Source: a virus (taxonomy: Duplodnaviria > Caudoviricetes). From it: DNA of 47,455 bases. Under the pieces are notes generated by a model that was not told the DNA's origin, made no database searches, and was given only the letters and a program-made list of their open reading frames with translations. Both the position numbers and the translations under genes were made by a program. The stretch is from IMG/VR virus record IMGVR_UViG_3300035659_000028, positions 1 to 47,455 of that record. One strand, written 5' to 3'. The stretch's first letter is position 1; each line of letters starts with the position of its first letter. Shown in pieces: positions 1 through 9,072 of the stretch.

Positions 1-127
1 TTGGTTGATGCTGTTGATGCGTTTACTGACGCCCATGAATCAGAAGACTTACTTACCTCGCTCGGTCTTGGGGCCAAAGCCGCTGTTGCAAGTTGGGTGG
101 GTATTGGTGTCCAGACCTATCCGCCAA
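1..127. repeat. Exact terminal overlap (copy 1) indicating circular assembly
   Basis: 1-127 identical to 47329-47455; reading frame continues across the join. Confidence 0.95.
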
Positions 128-636
128 AGGTCAGAACTGAAGTTCAAATAGGTAAAAACTCGTATGCCCAAGTTGAGTATGGCAAAAATTGGGATGAACT
201 TAATCCTTTACAACAACGCAAACTCGCCAGGGAACACAAACAGGAATTTGAAGAAGCGGAACAGCGGATTAAAGTAGAAGGTACAAAAGAACGAGACTAT
301 GAGTTTCTTTCCCGTATGGCTGAACAAGAACGAGAGGCAGGGGATGTAGCGATCAAAGGTCTGTCGTCCGGGGCCAAAGATGAACTTGGTCGTCTTGGGG
401 TCACAATCCTTTTATCCCGCGAAATCAACAACTACAAACTCAACGATAAACGCTATAGTGAATACCAACAAACGGTCGCGCGACAACTCAAAAAACCTCT
501 GGAACAGTTATTGTCTTCCCCCTTATGGAGCCATTATTCCGATAAACGCAAGGTAGAAAAAATCCAAAGAAAAATTATGTTGGCCAAACGCGCGGCGCAA
601 CGAGAAACAATCCGAGGAGTAAACACCAATGAATGA
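1..636 (+). CDS. C-terminal part of the large polyvalent/ejection protein starting at 43978
   Basis: Same frame as 43978..47455 across the 127-bp overlap; the TTG at 1 is an internal Leu. Confidence 0.9.
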   Translation: MVDAVDAFTDAHESEDLLTSLGLGAKAAVASWVGIGVQTYPPKVRTEVQIGKNSYAQVEYGKNWDELNPLQQRKLAREHKQEFEEAEQRIKVEGTKERDYEFLSRMAEQEREAGDVAIKGLSSGAKDELGRLGVTILLSREINNYKLNDKRYSEYQQTVARQLKKPLEQLLSSPLWSHYSDKRKVEKIQRKIMLAKRAAQRETIRGVNTNE

Positions 637-814
637 AATACCAACAGGAACGGTCAAAGAACGACTTACCCGTATTGAGGTTATACTTAACAACCACTTG
701 GAACATCACAGGTTCATAACCCGCTGGTTGCTTGGCGTCAGTATAGCTTCAACCAGCGGGATGGTCTTGTTGATCGTCCCCGGGTTTGTCAAATGGTTGG
801 CCGGGGTACTATAG
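629..814 (+). CDS. Small membrane protein, holin-like candidate
   Basis: ERLTRIE coiled segment plus C-terminal hydrophobic helix; GGAG RBS; last gene of late arm. Confidence 0.45.
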   Translation: MNEIPTGTVKERLTRIEVILNNHLEHHRFITRWLLGVSIASTSGMVLLIVPGFVKWLAGVL

Positions 815-848
815 TAAATCTCTGAAGACTTTAGGCCAATCTTTTTTC

Positions 849-1109
849 TCACAAACCTTGAGATGGCCTGATTCCCAATTCCCACAAAGTAGTCATCAAT
901 GTCTGCGCCGCCTTGTTGCTTATCGTGCACATATTACTTTGATCGAGGGTAGCGAACCATTGTATCGGTTCAAATTCAATCTTTTTTACTTGTTGACACT
1001 TACTCTCATCAGTATCAAATCGACAACCATGTAGAATGATACTCTCTTCAGTTTCACCTGATGTAGCTAATATCTGTAATTCACCCCACAAAATCGGTGC
1101 ATCATACAT
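849..1109 (-). CDS. Hypothetical protein
   Basis: AGGAG RBS, co-oriented in operon. Confidence 0.6.
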   Translation of the reverse strand: MYDAPILWGELQILATSGETEESIILHGCRFDTDESKCQQVKKIEFEPIQWFATLDQSNMCTISNKAAQTLMTTLWELGIRPSQGL

Positions 1110-1111
1110 TT

Positions 1112-1384
1112 TCAGTCTCCTTTAGTTAGAGGTGTTTCTCCGCCTATATACTCCTCAATCGGCACACGCGATAACAACCCGCACACCAACCGTCGCTCCA
1201 CTCCCATAGGCCGAATCCCAAGTATGTGGGTCCGGCCCAGGTACACAGTACTTACGACCCATCCCCCCTCGAACAGGCCGTGTACTATCACTTGGCCCCG
1301 GTCAATGGCCCGTCCAACCGTTTTGTTCGGGGCGTTTTGGGCGAGCCATGTAAGGAGTTGGTTGCGGGAAGTGATGTGGGTCAT
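1112..1384 (-). CDS. Hypothetical protein
   Basis: Start MTHITS overlaps upstream stop (ATGA). Confidence 0.6.
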   Translation of the reverse strand: MTHITSRNQLLTWLAQNAPNKTVGRAIDRGQVIVHGLFEGGWVVSTVYLGRTHILGIRPMGVERRLVCGLLSRVPIEEYIGGETPLTKGD

Positions 1385-1650
1385 TCTCTTAATGCTTCCC
1401 AATCTTGTGAAAGTGTATCATCGTCGTGTGCGTTTTCGAGCCAATCCCATGCACTAATGGCAGCTTCATAAATTTCATCAATATATCTATCAGCGATGTC
1501 ATCACTACTCAAACCCTCAACAAGCACTTCTATTTGCGCTGCTATCTGCGCGCGGTTATCGTCGCCAAAAGTTGAATAATGGCTTACATTTAACTTAAGG
1601 TCTTCAAGTCTTTCAATTTCTTGTTCTATTTGTTCTTTTGTTGGCCTCAT
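1381..1650 (-). CDS. Hypothetical acidic phage protein
   Basis: AGGAG RBS, ATGA overlap. Confidence 0.7.
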   Translation of the reverse strand: MRPTKEQIEQEIERLEDLKLNVSHYSTFGDDNRAQIAAQIEVLVEGLSSDDIADRYIDEIYEAAISAWDWLENAHDDDTLSQDWEALRE

Positions 1651-2060
1651 GTGTTTTTCTCCTGCGCTTTTTGTATTGTTACGATTTGGCCGATCACAGT
1701 TTCGATGTCTGTATTGGTCCCTTGTTTGAACTCGTCTTTAATCCTGGCCCAAAGTTCAGGTTGGTTCTTCTTGATTCTTTCGACGGATGTTACAATATGT
1801 TGGGAGGTGTTCTTGTATTTGGTCAACCCAGGTTTCATTTTCTTAAATGTTGCGGCTATACCTGCGGCTATACCAGCAACCCCGGCTGCGCCTGGAATGA
1901 ATAGGGACAAAAGACTGAACACTCCTGCGGTTGTATCAGCGGTCCCTTCTATCCTGTCAGCGGCGAATGGGTCAAGTCGCCATTTACCAGTTTCATCCTG
2001 GTGGCAACTGGTACAGAACAAACTGATCGTAAACAACACTATCAACAATACTCGTCTCAT
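1647..2060 (-). CDS. Putative lipoprotein/membrane protein
   Basis: MRRVLLIVLFTISLFCTSC resembles signal peptide with lipobox; second hydrophobic Gly/Ala segment; AGGAG RBS. Confidence 0.6.
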   Translation of the reverse strand: MRRVLLIVLFTISLFCTSCHQDETGKWRLDPFAADRIEGTADTTAGVFSLLSLFIPGAAGVAGIAAGIAATFKKMKPGLTKYKNTSQHIVTSVERIKKNQPELWARIKDEFKQGTNTDIETVIGQIVTIQKAQEKNT

Positions 2061-2314
2061 TTTTGTTCTCCTGTTATTGGTCTTTTGGGTATCAACCCAC
2101 ACGATGTAGGTTGTTTGGTTACACTAATAAGTTCTACAAGGGCATGTCGTTCATCGGTTATCCAATGTTCGACCATCTTAAATTTGAGTAAACAAAGGCC
2201 ATATTGAACATCAAATTCGACTCCTTCTTGGATTGGAATTTGAGTATAATAGTCCTTTGACGGTTCACCCGTCTCCGGGTCTATTGTGTGATGGATTAAG
2301 ATTCGTTCTGGCAT
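2057..2314 (-). CDS. Hypothetical protein
   Basis: Start MPERIL directly after upstream stop, GGGG RBS. Confidence 0.55.
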   Translation of the reverse strand: MPERILIHHTIDPETGEPSKDYYTQIPIQEGVEFDVQYGLCLLKFKMVEHWITDERHALVELISVTKQPTSCGLIPKRPITGEQK

Positions 2315-2315
2315 G

Positions 2316-2918
2316 TTATCCCCACTGTTCCGCCATTGCATCGGCTATACCTTGAAATGTCTTGCTCCGTTCTTTGGCTCGTTTTTCGCCGGACCCTTTG
2401 ATTCCTTCTACCCAATGTATCTTTTTTCCATTGTGTTTTTTCCCTTTACGAATATAAAGCGGTTCTGGTTTTGGCAAAATGGTCTCACTATAATTCAAAA
2501 CTGGAAGGTTTTTTAACCACAAACAAGTACGTTTCTGTACAGAATCTCCGAAATAGTATGGGTGGATTATTTGATCCGGTTTTCTTAAAATAGTGTTTGG
2601 ATAACCAACAGGATTCTCCATACATATTTTTCCAATCGGAGTGTTATATAAGGCCATAAAAAATTGCATAGCTTCTTCCCGTTTTTCTTTTCTGCCAAGG
2701 GCGTTCCAATGTCGAATACCTGCATAACTCAAATAAGTACATGGCGGATGAGCTATCATCAAATCCCACCTATCTTCTAAAATACTCAACACATCCCCCT
2801 GTATGTGTTGCCCTGGTATCTCAGTTGGGAGCAAGTCACAACTCCACGCGTCATGCCCCTTTCTGGCAAATGCTTCCCGAACTCGACCACTAAATTCACA
2901 CGCGACAAGAACTCTCAT
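2316..2918 (-). CDS. Phage DNA cytosine-C5 methyltransferase-like protein
   Basis: MRVLVACEFSG SAM-binding-like start, HPPC catalytic-like motif, ENP motif. Confidence 0.75.
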   Translation of the reverse strand: MRVLVACEFSGRVREAFARKGHDAWSCDLLPTEIPGQHIQGDVLSILEDRWDLMIAHPPCTYLSYAGIRHWNALGRKEKREEAMQFFMALYNTPIGKICMENPVGYPNTILRKPDQIIHPYYFGDSVQKRTCLWLKNLPVLNYSETILPKPEPLYIRKGKKHNGKKIHWVEGIKGSGEKRAKERSKTFQGIADAMAEQWG

Positions 2919-2919
2919 A

Positions 2920-5160
2920 TCATACCCCCTTGGCTTGACCTTCTTTGGCCCACTTGTTTATCTTAACACCCATGATAACTCTTTGACTGTTATCGGTCTC
3001 ATTCTCTCGGATGTGTACAGCGTTCATATATGTACACAAATTGCGAACGAACGTACCCTTTAGACACACGTTCCGGCCCTCACGGGTGATCCACCATTTC
3101 CACACAGCGTAAAGATAATCAACTGGTTCACCATAAGCGGGGTCAACTATGATACATTGTTTGGCGAACTCTACCATAGGAGACACAAACTCAAGAAATG
3201 CCTGATGGTGGCGTTGCGATATTGACGGTATGGCAAACTCATTGTTGGTATAAAGGTCTTTGAGGCCGCGTAAGGCAAAATTGATTAGTTTGCCTTGTGA
3301 GGCTTCAATATCAAGTTGGTCTTTAAGCGAAGTATCAGGATTATCTACAAACGTCTTGTTGAACGGCATGATAATGATACGCCGCTTTAGGGCTTGGTCC
3401 GGGTCTTTGAACGCTGGATAGTCGTTCATGGCGAACGTAAACCTACAACGGAGGTGAATATCCGGCATACTATCCTTGAACTTCACTTGGATGTTTATGG
3501 GGTCACGACCAACGATATTGAGTATGCGCTTCAAAACTACATTCTCCTGACCCCGTTGCATGGCGGTTTCATCACCTATCACAGCAGCCAATTTGCCCAT
3601 CAAAGACTCAAACCCGAAACGGTATGACAGTGAATCAAAGTCTGTAGTGGCCCAGTTGTTTCGCCCCAACATCGAGGTCATGGTACGGAGAACGGTGCTC
3701 TTGCCTGAACCGGGTGGGCCTTTCATCAACAGAAATTTTTCCTGGGACATATCTGGTACGATATTGTAGCCGAACCACTGGCTAAAGAACCGCACCCGTT
3801 CATCATCCCCTTCCACTATGTCAGGCAACACACTGTTCCAAAGTCTTGATTCTACTGACTCATCGAAGTTATATGGCAAGACGTTAAACGTAAACAAATC
3901 CGGTGTTGGGTTGTATAATGTGACCTTGCCTTTGATGTAGTCGTTGATGTCAAGGATACCATTTTTGAAAACCACAAGACGAACCGGGTCAGGCCCGTCC
4001 CTGTCATCTAACCAGACCGGCCAAGGTCTTTTGATGGGGCAGATGGCGCTACAAGCATCTATGACATCGTTTACCTTTGTCTTACTCGGTTTGTACTTCT
4101 TAATCACACCTTCATCAGTAGTGTAATCTTTGTCTTCAAGGTATTTATAAATGTCACCTCGTACTGACAGATCATCAAGTTGTTCGTAACACTTTCCGCT
4201 AAACTCCACAAAACCCTTGTGAAAAATTCGGAAATGCAGTTTCCCGTCTACTGTTTTGGTTCGCAACCACGCTTTTGCTATGGTCGGCCCTGCGTTATCT
4301 TCAAACGTACTTGACCCGAGGGTGGTTTCTTTGGTTTTTTCTATGTAATCCAACAACTCAGTTTGGGTCAATCCCGTTTGTTTCCACTGTCGTAGGTCTT
4401 TGATACCATCCGGGGGCATCACTTTGGAACAACTTACACGCGCATCCTTGAGTAAGGTGAATGTAGTTTCCATGCCCCTACGCCCGGCCCCGGCGTCGTT
4501 TTCTCCCACAATAATACAGTCGCATCCGCCCAAAAGGTCTGTAAGGTCTTTACCCCCGCCCAAGGCCGACGGTCTGCCAACTGCGGTAAAACCAAGGTCA
4601 AAGGCTGCACAGACATCAGAAGCCCCCTCTACAACCAGGATCGGATGTTCTGATGGGAGTAAAAGAGAAACCCGCCGTTGTCTGACTGGATCAAGGATGT
4701 GGAGAAAACCAGGGGCGTCCTCAGATAAGGGCCGGTCTGACCCCTCTGACACATGAACACAGACTACAGCGTTGGGATTCTCGTATTCCCCGTTGGGATA
4801 CATGCACCCATCTGACTTGTTACAAACAGGGCATGGATAATCGGGTGATACCCTAACCCAATTTCGTTGTTCATATCTGGTTGTGTGGGTTTGGTTCTTG
4901 GCGTATATCAACCCACGTTTAGAACCGGTTATGGCCATTTTCTTGCCGTTGGGATAGCGTTTGGTTATCCCAACTACAACCCCCTTACTGTTGCGCTCAG
5001 GGAACGTCCACGCCCAATGACCGTAGCCATCACAGGGGAGCAGACCAACCTCTACAGTGTGGAGTGAGGTCACAGATACGCCAAGTTGTTCTGAGAGTAC
5101 ACTGTAGAAGACTGGAAACTGGGCCAGATTTTGAACGTAAGTGTTGTGGAGGTTTTGCAT
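2920..5160 (-). CDS. Primase (TOPRIM) fused to D5/P4-type SF3 helicase
   Basis: VVEGASD, GENDAG, KDLRQW TOPRIM motifs; FKNGILD D5-N; Walker A GPPGSGKST, Walker B IGDE, motif C FAMN. Confidence 0.9.
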   Translation of the reverse strand: MQNLHNTYVQNLAQFPVFYSVLSEQLGVSVTSLHTVEVGLLPCDGYGHWAWTFPERNSKGVVVGITKRYPNGKKMAITGSKRGLIYAKNQTHTTRYEQRNWVRVSPDYPCPVCNKSDGCMYPNGEYENPNAVVCVHVSEGSDRPLSEDAPGFLHILDPVRQRRVSLLLPSEHPILVVEGASDVCAAFDLGFTAVGRPSALGGGKDLTDLLGGCDCIIVGENDAGAGRRGMETTFTLLKDARVSCSKVMPPDGIKDLRQWKQTGLTQTELLDYIEKTKETTLGSSTFEDNAGPTIAKAWLRTKTVDGKLHFRIFHKGFVEFSGKCYEQLDDLSVRGDIYKYLEDKDYTTDEGVIKKYKPSKTKVNDVIDACSAICPIKRPWPVWLDDRDGPDPVRLVVFKNGILDINDYIKGKVTLYNPTPDLFTFNVLPYNFDESVESRLWNSVLPDIVEGDDERVRFFSQWFGYNIVPDMSQEKFLLMKGPPGSGKSTVLRTMTSMLGRNNWATTDFDSLSYRFGFESLMGKLAAVIGDETAMQRGQENVVLKRILNIVGRDPINIQVKFKDSMPDIHLRCRFTFAMNDYPAFKDPDQALKRRIIIMPFNKTFVDNPDTSLKDQLDIEASQGKLINFALRGLKDLYTNNEFAIPSISQRHHQAFLEFVSPMVEFAKQCIIVDPAYGEPVDYLYAVWKWWITREGRNVCLKGTFVRNLCTYMNAVHIRENETDNSQRVIMGVKINKWAKEGQAKGV

Positions 5161-5189
5161 CAAGCGAGTCTCGGTCGTTGTAGTGTCAT
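5160..5189 (-). CDS. 9-aa upstream ORF MTLQRPRLA coupled to primase
   Basis: AGGGG RBS, ATG at 5189, TGATG overlap with primase ATG. Confidence 0.5.
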   Translation of the reverse strand: MTLQRPRLA

Positions 5190-5201
5190 ACTCAATCCCC
5201 T

Positions 5202-5232
5202 AAAAGCCCCGCCCGTCAACTTGGGCGAGGCT
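5202..5232 (-). terminator. Hairpin with short U-tract upstream of primase
   Basis: AGCCTCGCCC-8nt-GGGCGGGGCT followed by TTT. Confidence 0.5.
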
Positions 5233-5256
5233 ATACCCAACGTGTTGTCCTAAAAG

Positions 5257-5445
5257 TTACGTTAGTTTTTTCCCACAATCGGGACAGTAATTGAACACCC
5301 ACAATGTCTCAGGGAGATGCGGATACTTAAACATCTGTTCTTTCTGATACCCAATCTCAGACTCCCGATTAACAATTCTTGTTCTTGAGTCCTTAGTCTG
5401 GGCAAAAACCACGCCATACTTATGGCTGCATAGTGTAACTGGCAT
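5257..5445 (-). CDS. Small Zn-ribbon protein
   Basis: C-terminal FNYCPDCGKKL. Confidence 0.55.
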   Translation of the reverse strand: MPVTLCSHKYGVVFAQTKDSRTRIVNRESEIGYQKEQMFKYPHLPETLWVFNYCPDCGKKLT

Positions 5446-5457
5446 CTATACCACCCC

Positions 5458-6261
5458 TTAGACCTTGCTTGTCTGCCGTAGCACAATTTCCTTGACCTGA
5501 TACCACTGTTCCTCGGTGATCTTGGACTCGTCCTCGTTAACCGCAACTACTGCCTTGAGCCATGCTTCATTAAGCGCATCATCTGTTACGTCATCCCGCT
5601 TCAAACTGTAACAGGCAGTGTAAGCATCATCAGCCGAGCACCTACCCACAACAGTGGCCTTGGGCAACTTGGGTGTACCCTTGGGTGGTCTGCCTACCTT
5701 GGGTTTATCCGGGGCCTTGGGTGTCTCTGATGCAGGCATGGGAGCGGGAACAGGAGTAGGAACACTAACAGTCTTGGCTGATACTGGCTTGGCCGCTACC
5801 TTAGTACTGGCCAGGACTTGGGCGTATCTGGCTTGAAGGGCTTGCACGTCTTTGGCGTCGAGTTTCTGGACTGTTCTGGTCGGTGTTGCATCGAGTGTGT
5901 CAATCCACGTTACTTTGAGTGTTGTGTTTTCATTGAAGGTGCTTTCTTCAACCCGAAATGCTATAGGCGTGTCAGTCATATTCATTTCGCGCAGAACCAT
6001 AAAGTCACCTCCGTCCCATCCTATAACTTTTTTGAGTTGTTGAAGGTGCAGGGTTCCACGATCTTTACTGTCGATCAAGACAAGCCAGGCTTTAATTTCG
6101 TTAACCTCTGGGTCTGTTGGAAGATAGTTTCCGCTATCCGGGTCATAGACCTCAAGGGCTTTGAGGGCCATTTCTTCTTGTGGGAAGCCGCCCGGCGATT
6201 GGCTAAGACCCGCATCTGTGATAACACCATGATAAAACCCTGTATGATTGATTAGACTCAT
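5458..6261 (-). CDS. Putative ssDNA-binding protein (DUF669-like N-domain, Pro-rich linker)
   Basis: Beta-rich N-terminus; position next to Sak4-like ATPase, the usual SSB slot. Confidence 0.5.
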   Translation of the reverse strand: MSLINHTGFYHGVITDAGLSQSPGGFPQEEMALKALEVYDPDSGNYLPTDPEVNEIKAWLVLIDSKDRGTLHLQQLKKVIGWDGGDFMVLREMNMTDTPIAFRVEESTFNENTTLKVTWIDTLDATPTRTVQKLDAKDVQALQARYAQVLASTKVAAKPVSAKTVSVPTPVPAPMPASETPKAPDKPKVGRPPKGTPKLPKATVVGRCSADDAYTACYSLKRDDVTDDALNEAWLKAVVAVNEDESKITEEQWYQVKEIVLRQTSKV

Positions 6262-6473
6262 TTTGTTCCCTTTCTGATTAGTTTGAGTTCTTTGACGTTG
6301 AACCGTCTTTCTATACCGTTTTTTCGTTTGACTTCGTATGGGAATATATCGTCCCCTCTGTTACATCCCACCACCTTACCCCTATGTCCTTTCTTAAAAT
6401 CATCAGAAAGAGGGTATTCATCTGGATTGTTTGCTCCTATAACCTCCACTATGTCATCAATTTTGAACTTCAT
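6258..6473 (-). CDS. Small SH3/KOW-like protein
   Basis: MKFKIDDIVEV...GKVV...YEV...FNVKEL pattern. Confidence 0.55.
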   Translation of the reverse strand: MKFKIDDIVEVIGANNPDEYPLSDDFKKGHRGKVVGCNRGDDIFPYEVKRKNGIERRFNVKELKLIRKGTK

Positions 6474-6474
6474 A

Positions 6475-7320
6475 TTAGTTCCCCTTAAAAAGTAGTTGCC
6501 ATAAACTGTTGTCATCCTTGGTACTAAACGATATAATCGATTCTTCCAAAGTCCGGGATTTAGCGTAGAAAGCGTTATCTCCCCTGGTGTCTATTACGTG
6601 GGTAGAATCACCTAACGCTCTTTTTTTGCCTTCTGGAACAATAGTTTGTTGGTGGCGTATTCTGAAAATATGGTCGGCCCACTGACACCACATTTTTAAC
6701 ACGGACCATTTTTCACTGTGATACAAGTCTGGGCCTTCTTTTAGGTATTCTTGACCAATATCAGTAGTATGTTTATTACAAATCAACTGACAAATTACAA
6801 TTACGTTCTTTCCGGCTTCGATCAATTTATCAAAATCCAAAAGAGGAAGTCGCATCGCATCCCATAAATGTTTATATCCTTTTCCCCAACCATAATCCTC
6901 TATGTGATCTGGTTTTAATCCTGGTTGGCCTTTTGCATTTCTTGCAATAACAGTTCTGAGAACAAATTGTTCCGCAAAGCGTTGGAAAAGAGTACCAGTA
7001 TCAACAACTACAGTCTGGCAATCCAAGTCAAGACACGCACCAAGCGCCCCACGCACATCTTCAAATGTGTTGACACTTGGTATATGTCTCAGGAGTTCCC
7101 CTGTTTTGGGATGATGGAGTTTGCGCCCGCCGTCGTCAAGGCCAATGAAAACCGGATTGGGGGCCATTGACGCAAGAGTAGTTTTACCCATGCCGGTCTC
7201 CCCGTAGAGAATTATCTTTTCACCAGTCTTAGAGCCATCCCATTGTTCAATAGCGAACTGTTTGTTGGCTGTTGCCGGTCTTGGTGAATCCTGTTTAGGT
7301 GGTAGTGGTCGTAATGCCAT
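6475..7320 (-). CDS. Sak4-like/AAA_24 ATPase (single-strand annealing recombinase family)
   Basis: ILYGETGMGKTT Walker A, VVVDT Walker B, YGWGKGY, AKSR C-terminal motif. Confidence 0.85.
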   Translation of the reverse strand: MALRPLPPKQDSPRPATANKQFAIEQWDGSKTGEKIILYGETGMGKTTLASMAPNPVFIGLDDGGRKLHHPKTGELLRHIPSVNTFEDVRGALGACLDLDCQTVVVDTGTLFQRFAEQFVLRTVIARNAKGQPGLKPDHIEDYGWGKGYKHLWDAMRLPLLDFDKLIEAGKNVIVICQLICNKHTTDIGQEYLKEGPDLYHSEKWSVLKMWCQWADHIFRIRHQQTIVPEGKKRALGDSTHVIDTRGDNAFYAKSRTLEESIISFSTKDDNSLWQLLFKGN

Positions 7321-7574
7321 TATTTGCCTCCTCCCTTGTTAAGTTTAGATATTTGTCGTCGATGAAGATTAACAGATTCTTGTAATGCCCGTTTTAATCG
7401 AGATGGTATAATCTCTATCGGTTCGTCTTTATGATGGGCAAACATAGTTATAGAATATAAGTTTATCTCATATATTCCATCTACTGTGGAATCTGTTACT
7501 ACCAAATTTTTACCAATTTCAGGGCAAACGATTTCTACCAAATGCTTTATTTTGTCTTTAACTGTTTGCGCCAT
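7320..7574 (-). CDS. Hypothetical protein
   Basis: Coupled to neighbours, GGGG RBS. Confidence 0.6.
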   Translation of the reverse strand: MAQTVKDKIKHLVEIVCPEIGKNLVVTDSTVDGIYEINLYSITMFAHHKDEPIEIIPSRLKRALQESVNLHRRQISKLNKGGGK

Positions 7575-7737
7575 TATCTATCCCCCCACAGATCACGTTG
7601 AATGATAACTGGCTTGGCTTAAAACTTGTTACAGTTTTTGCCATAACAAAAACACTGTTGCAGTGAGGACACTGGATTCTATCTCCTGGAACAAACGGTT
7701 TCTTAGACCACAATTTTTTGATGCGTTTCCAAAACAT
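7558..7737 (-). CDS. 59-aa hypothetical with CPHC motif (below ORF-track cutoff)
   Basis: MFWKRIKKLWSKKPFVPGDRIQCPHC...; TAATG coupling to upstream gene. Confidence 0.5.
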   Translation of the reverse strand: MFWKRIKKLWSKKPFVPGDRIQCPHCNSVFVMAKTVTSFKPSQLSFNVICGGIDNGANS

Positions 7738-8894
7738 TATTTACTACCTCCTATCTTTTTGAAATTATCAGGCACAACATCTGGCCCAATGTCCAAGTGA
7801 TTATAGCAAAAATCTATGTACGAACAGCGGTATGTATTTTCGCACTGGTTTTCGTTCCTCCACCACCTGTTATGCAGGCCCATCTGCCGGATGCTGTGAT
7901 AGATGTTGAATAGTTCCCACTCAAATGTTTCAAGATCGTTACTCTGGTGAACTATCTCACGCCGGGCGAAGTAGAACTCAGGGCGTTGGGTTATATCCTG
8001 GAGCAACCTGGCCCCGTACATTTCCGGGGTTTCGCGGATAGCGAGCGTACCTTCTTTTGCGCCGAGTTCAACTGAGGTTAATTTACCGTTTACTACAAGT
8101 CCGTCAGTATCCGGCGGACAACTAACTTTGAACTGTTCCCCGCAATACAGCCCATCAACTACGAACTTCTTACTCTCGGCCTGGGTCAACTTCTTCGGAC
8201 TAATCTGGGGTTTGTGCCACACATCATATAGTACACCGCACATCCCCAAACCAAGTTGCTTGGCCGCATAAGTGTAAAGCCGGGTCTGAGTATCAAGGGT
8301 CAAGTGACCCCAATAGGTCGAATCGGAGTCCACGTTCTTGCTGGTACTTTTGTATTCATGGACAAACCTATTGGCCCCGGTTGAGAACACCCGGTCGATC
8401 TTGCCGTTTAACTCAACTTGGAGCTTACGACTTGTAATCGGGGACAGGAGCGGCAAGTTGAATTTCTGTTCAAGTTGTTCGACTCGATAACCTACATCGT
8501 TGTAGTACCACTGATAACCTACCAGGGAATAGAGGAGTTTAACACGTTCTGTTTCCCACTCCTCTATGGTTTTGGACACGGGCGGCATGGAATAGGTTTC
8601 ATTAAGGTGGCGCACAACAGCATCCATCGGGTCATCTGGAAACCGGCCTGAACCTTGGCAGAGGACACAGTTGGGGTTGGGTCGTAACGCCATTGGTTGT
8701 TGCGCACATTCGCACATCCCGCCCGGTTTCATATCCGCTATTTCATGGATACGATGCCAGTTTGTTCCCATGCGTTGGCTCTCAGTATCTTCAATTGGAA
8801 CGAGACCCAGACCATAACGATAATAGTAACGCATCGGACAATCTTTGAAACAACCGATACTGGTCGCGCTGAGGCGTATTGAGTTAATTGTCAT
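7737..8894 (-). CDS. PD-(D/E)XK Cas4/RecB-like exonuclease
   Basis: LSAT..CP N-terminus, E..F, GKIDR, EYKST, QTRLY, C-terminal C-x5-C-x5-C Fe-S-type cluster. Confidence 0.88.
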   Translation of the reverse strand: MTINSIRLSATSIGCFKDCPMRYYYRYGLGLVPIEDTESQRMGTNWHRIHEIADMKPGGMCECAQQPMALRPNPNCVLCQGSGRFPDDPMDAVVRHLNETYSMPPVSKTIEEWETERVKLLYSLVGYQWYYNDVGYRVEQLEQKFNLPLLSPITSRKLQVELNGKIDRVFSTGANRFVHEYKSTSKNVDSDSTYWGHLTLDTQTRLYTYAAKQLGLGMCGVLYDVWHKPQISPKKLTQAESKKFVVDGLYCGEQFKVSCPPDTDGLVVNGKLTSVELGAKEGTLAIRETPEMYGARLLQDITQRPEFYFARREIVHQSNDLETFEWELFNIYHSIRQMGLHNRWWRNENQCENTYRCSYIDFCYNHLDIGPDVVPDNFKKIGGSK

Positions 8895-9072
8895 CAGTTA
8901 TCTCCTCTACATTGGTCACTTCAGCTGATCGTAAGTCCTTGAAATTAGCATCAGATTCAATTTCATCGAGGTCCATATTCTCTGCGATTTCCTGAGCTTT
9001 TTCCTCGTTGTTGGCGTGGATTTCGATTGTGTATCGTGTAGTTACATCAATTTCAACACTGTATGGTTTCAT
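8884..9072 (-). CDS. Small acidic protein (DpnD/PcfM-like pattern)
   Basis: YSVEI...IEIHANNEEKAQEIA. Confidence 0.5.
   Translation of the reverse strand: MKPYSVEIDVTTRYTIEIHANNEEKAQEIAENMDLDEIESDANFKDLRSAEVTNVEEITDDN

Noticed and set aside
1-127. Biological direct terminal repeat
   Set aside because: Falls mid-gene and 127 is a common assembler k-mer length; best read as assembly overlap
7737-8894. CRISPR-Cas adaptation module (Cas4 + RecG + PolA)
   Set aside because: No cas1/cas2 and no repeat-spacer array seen; context is a Sak4 recombination module
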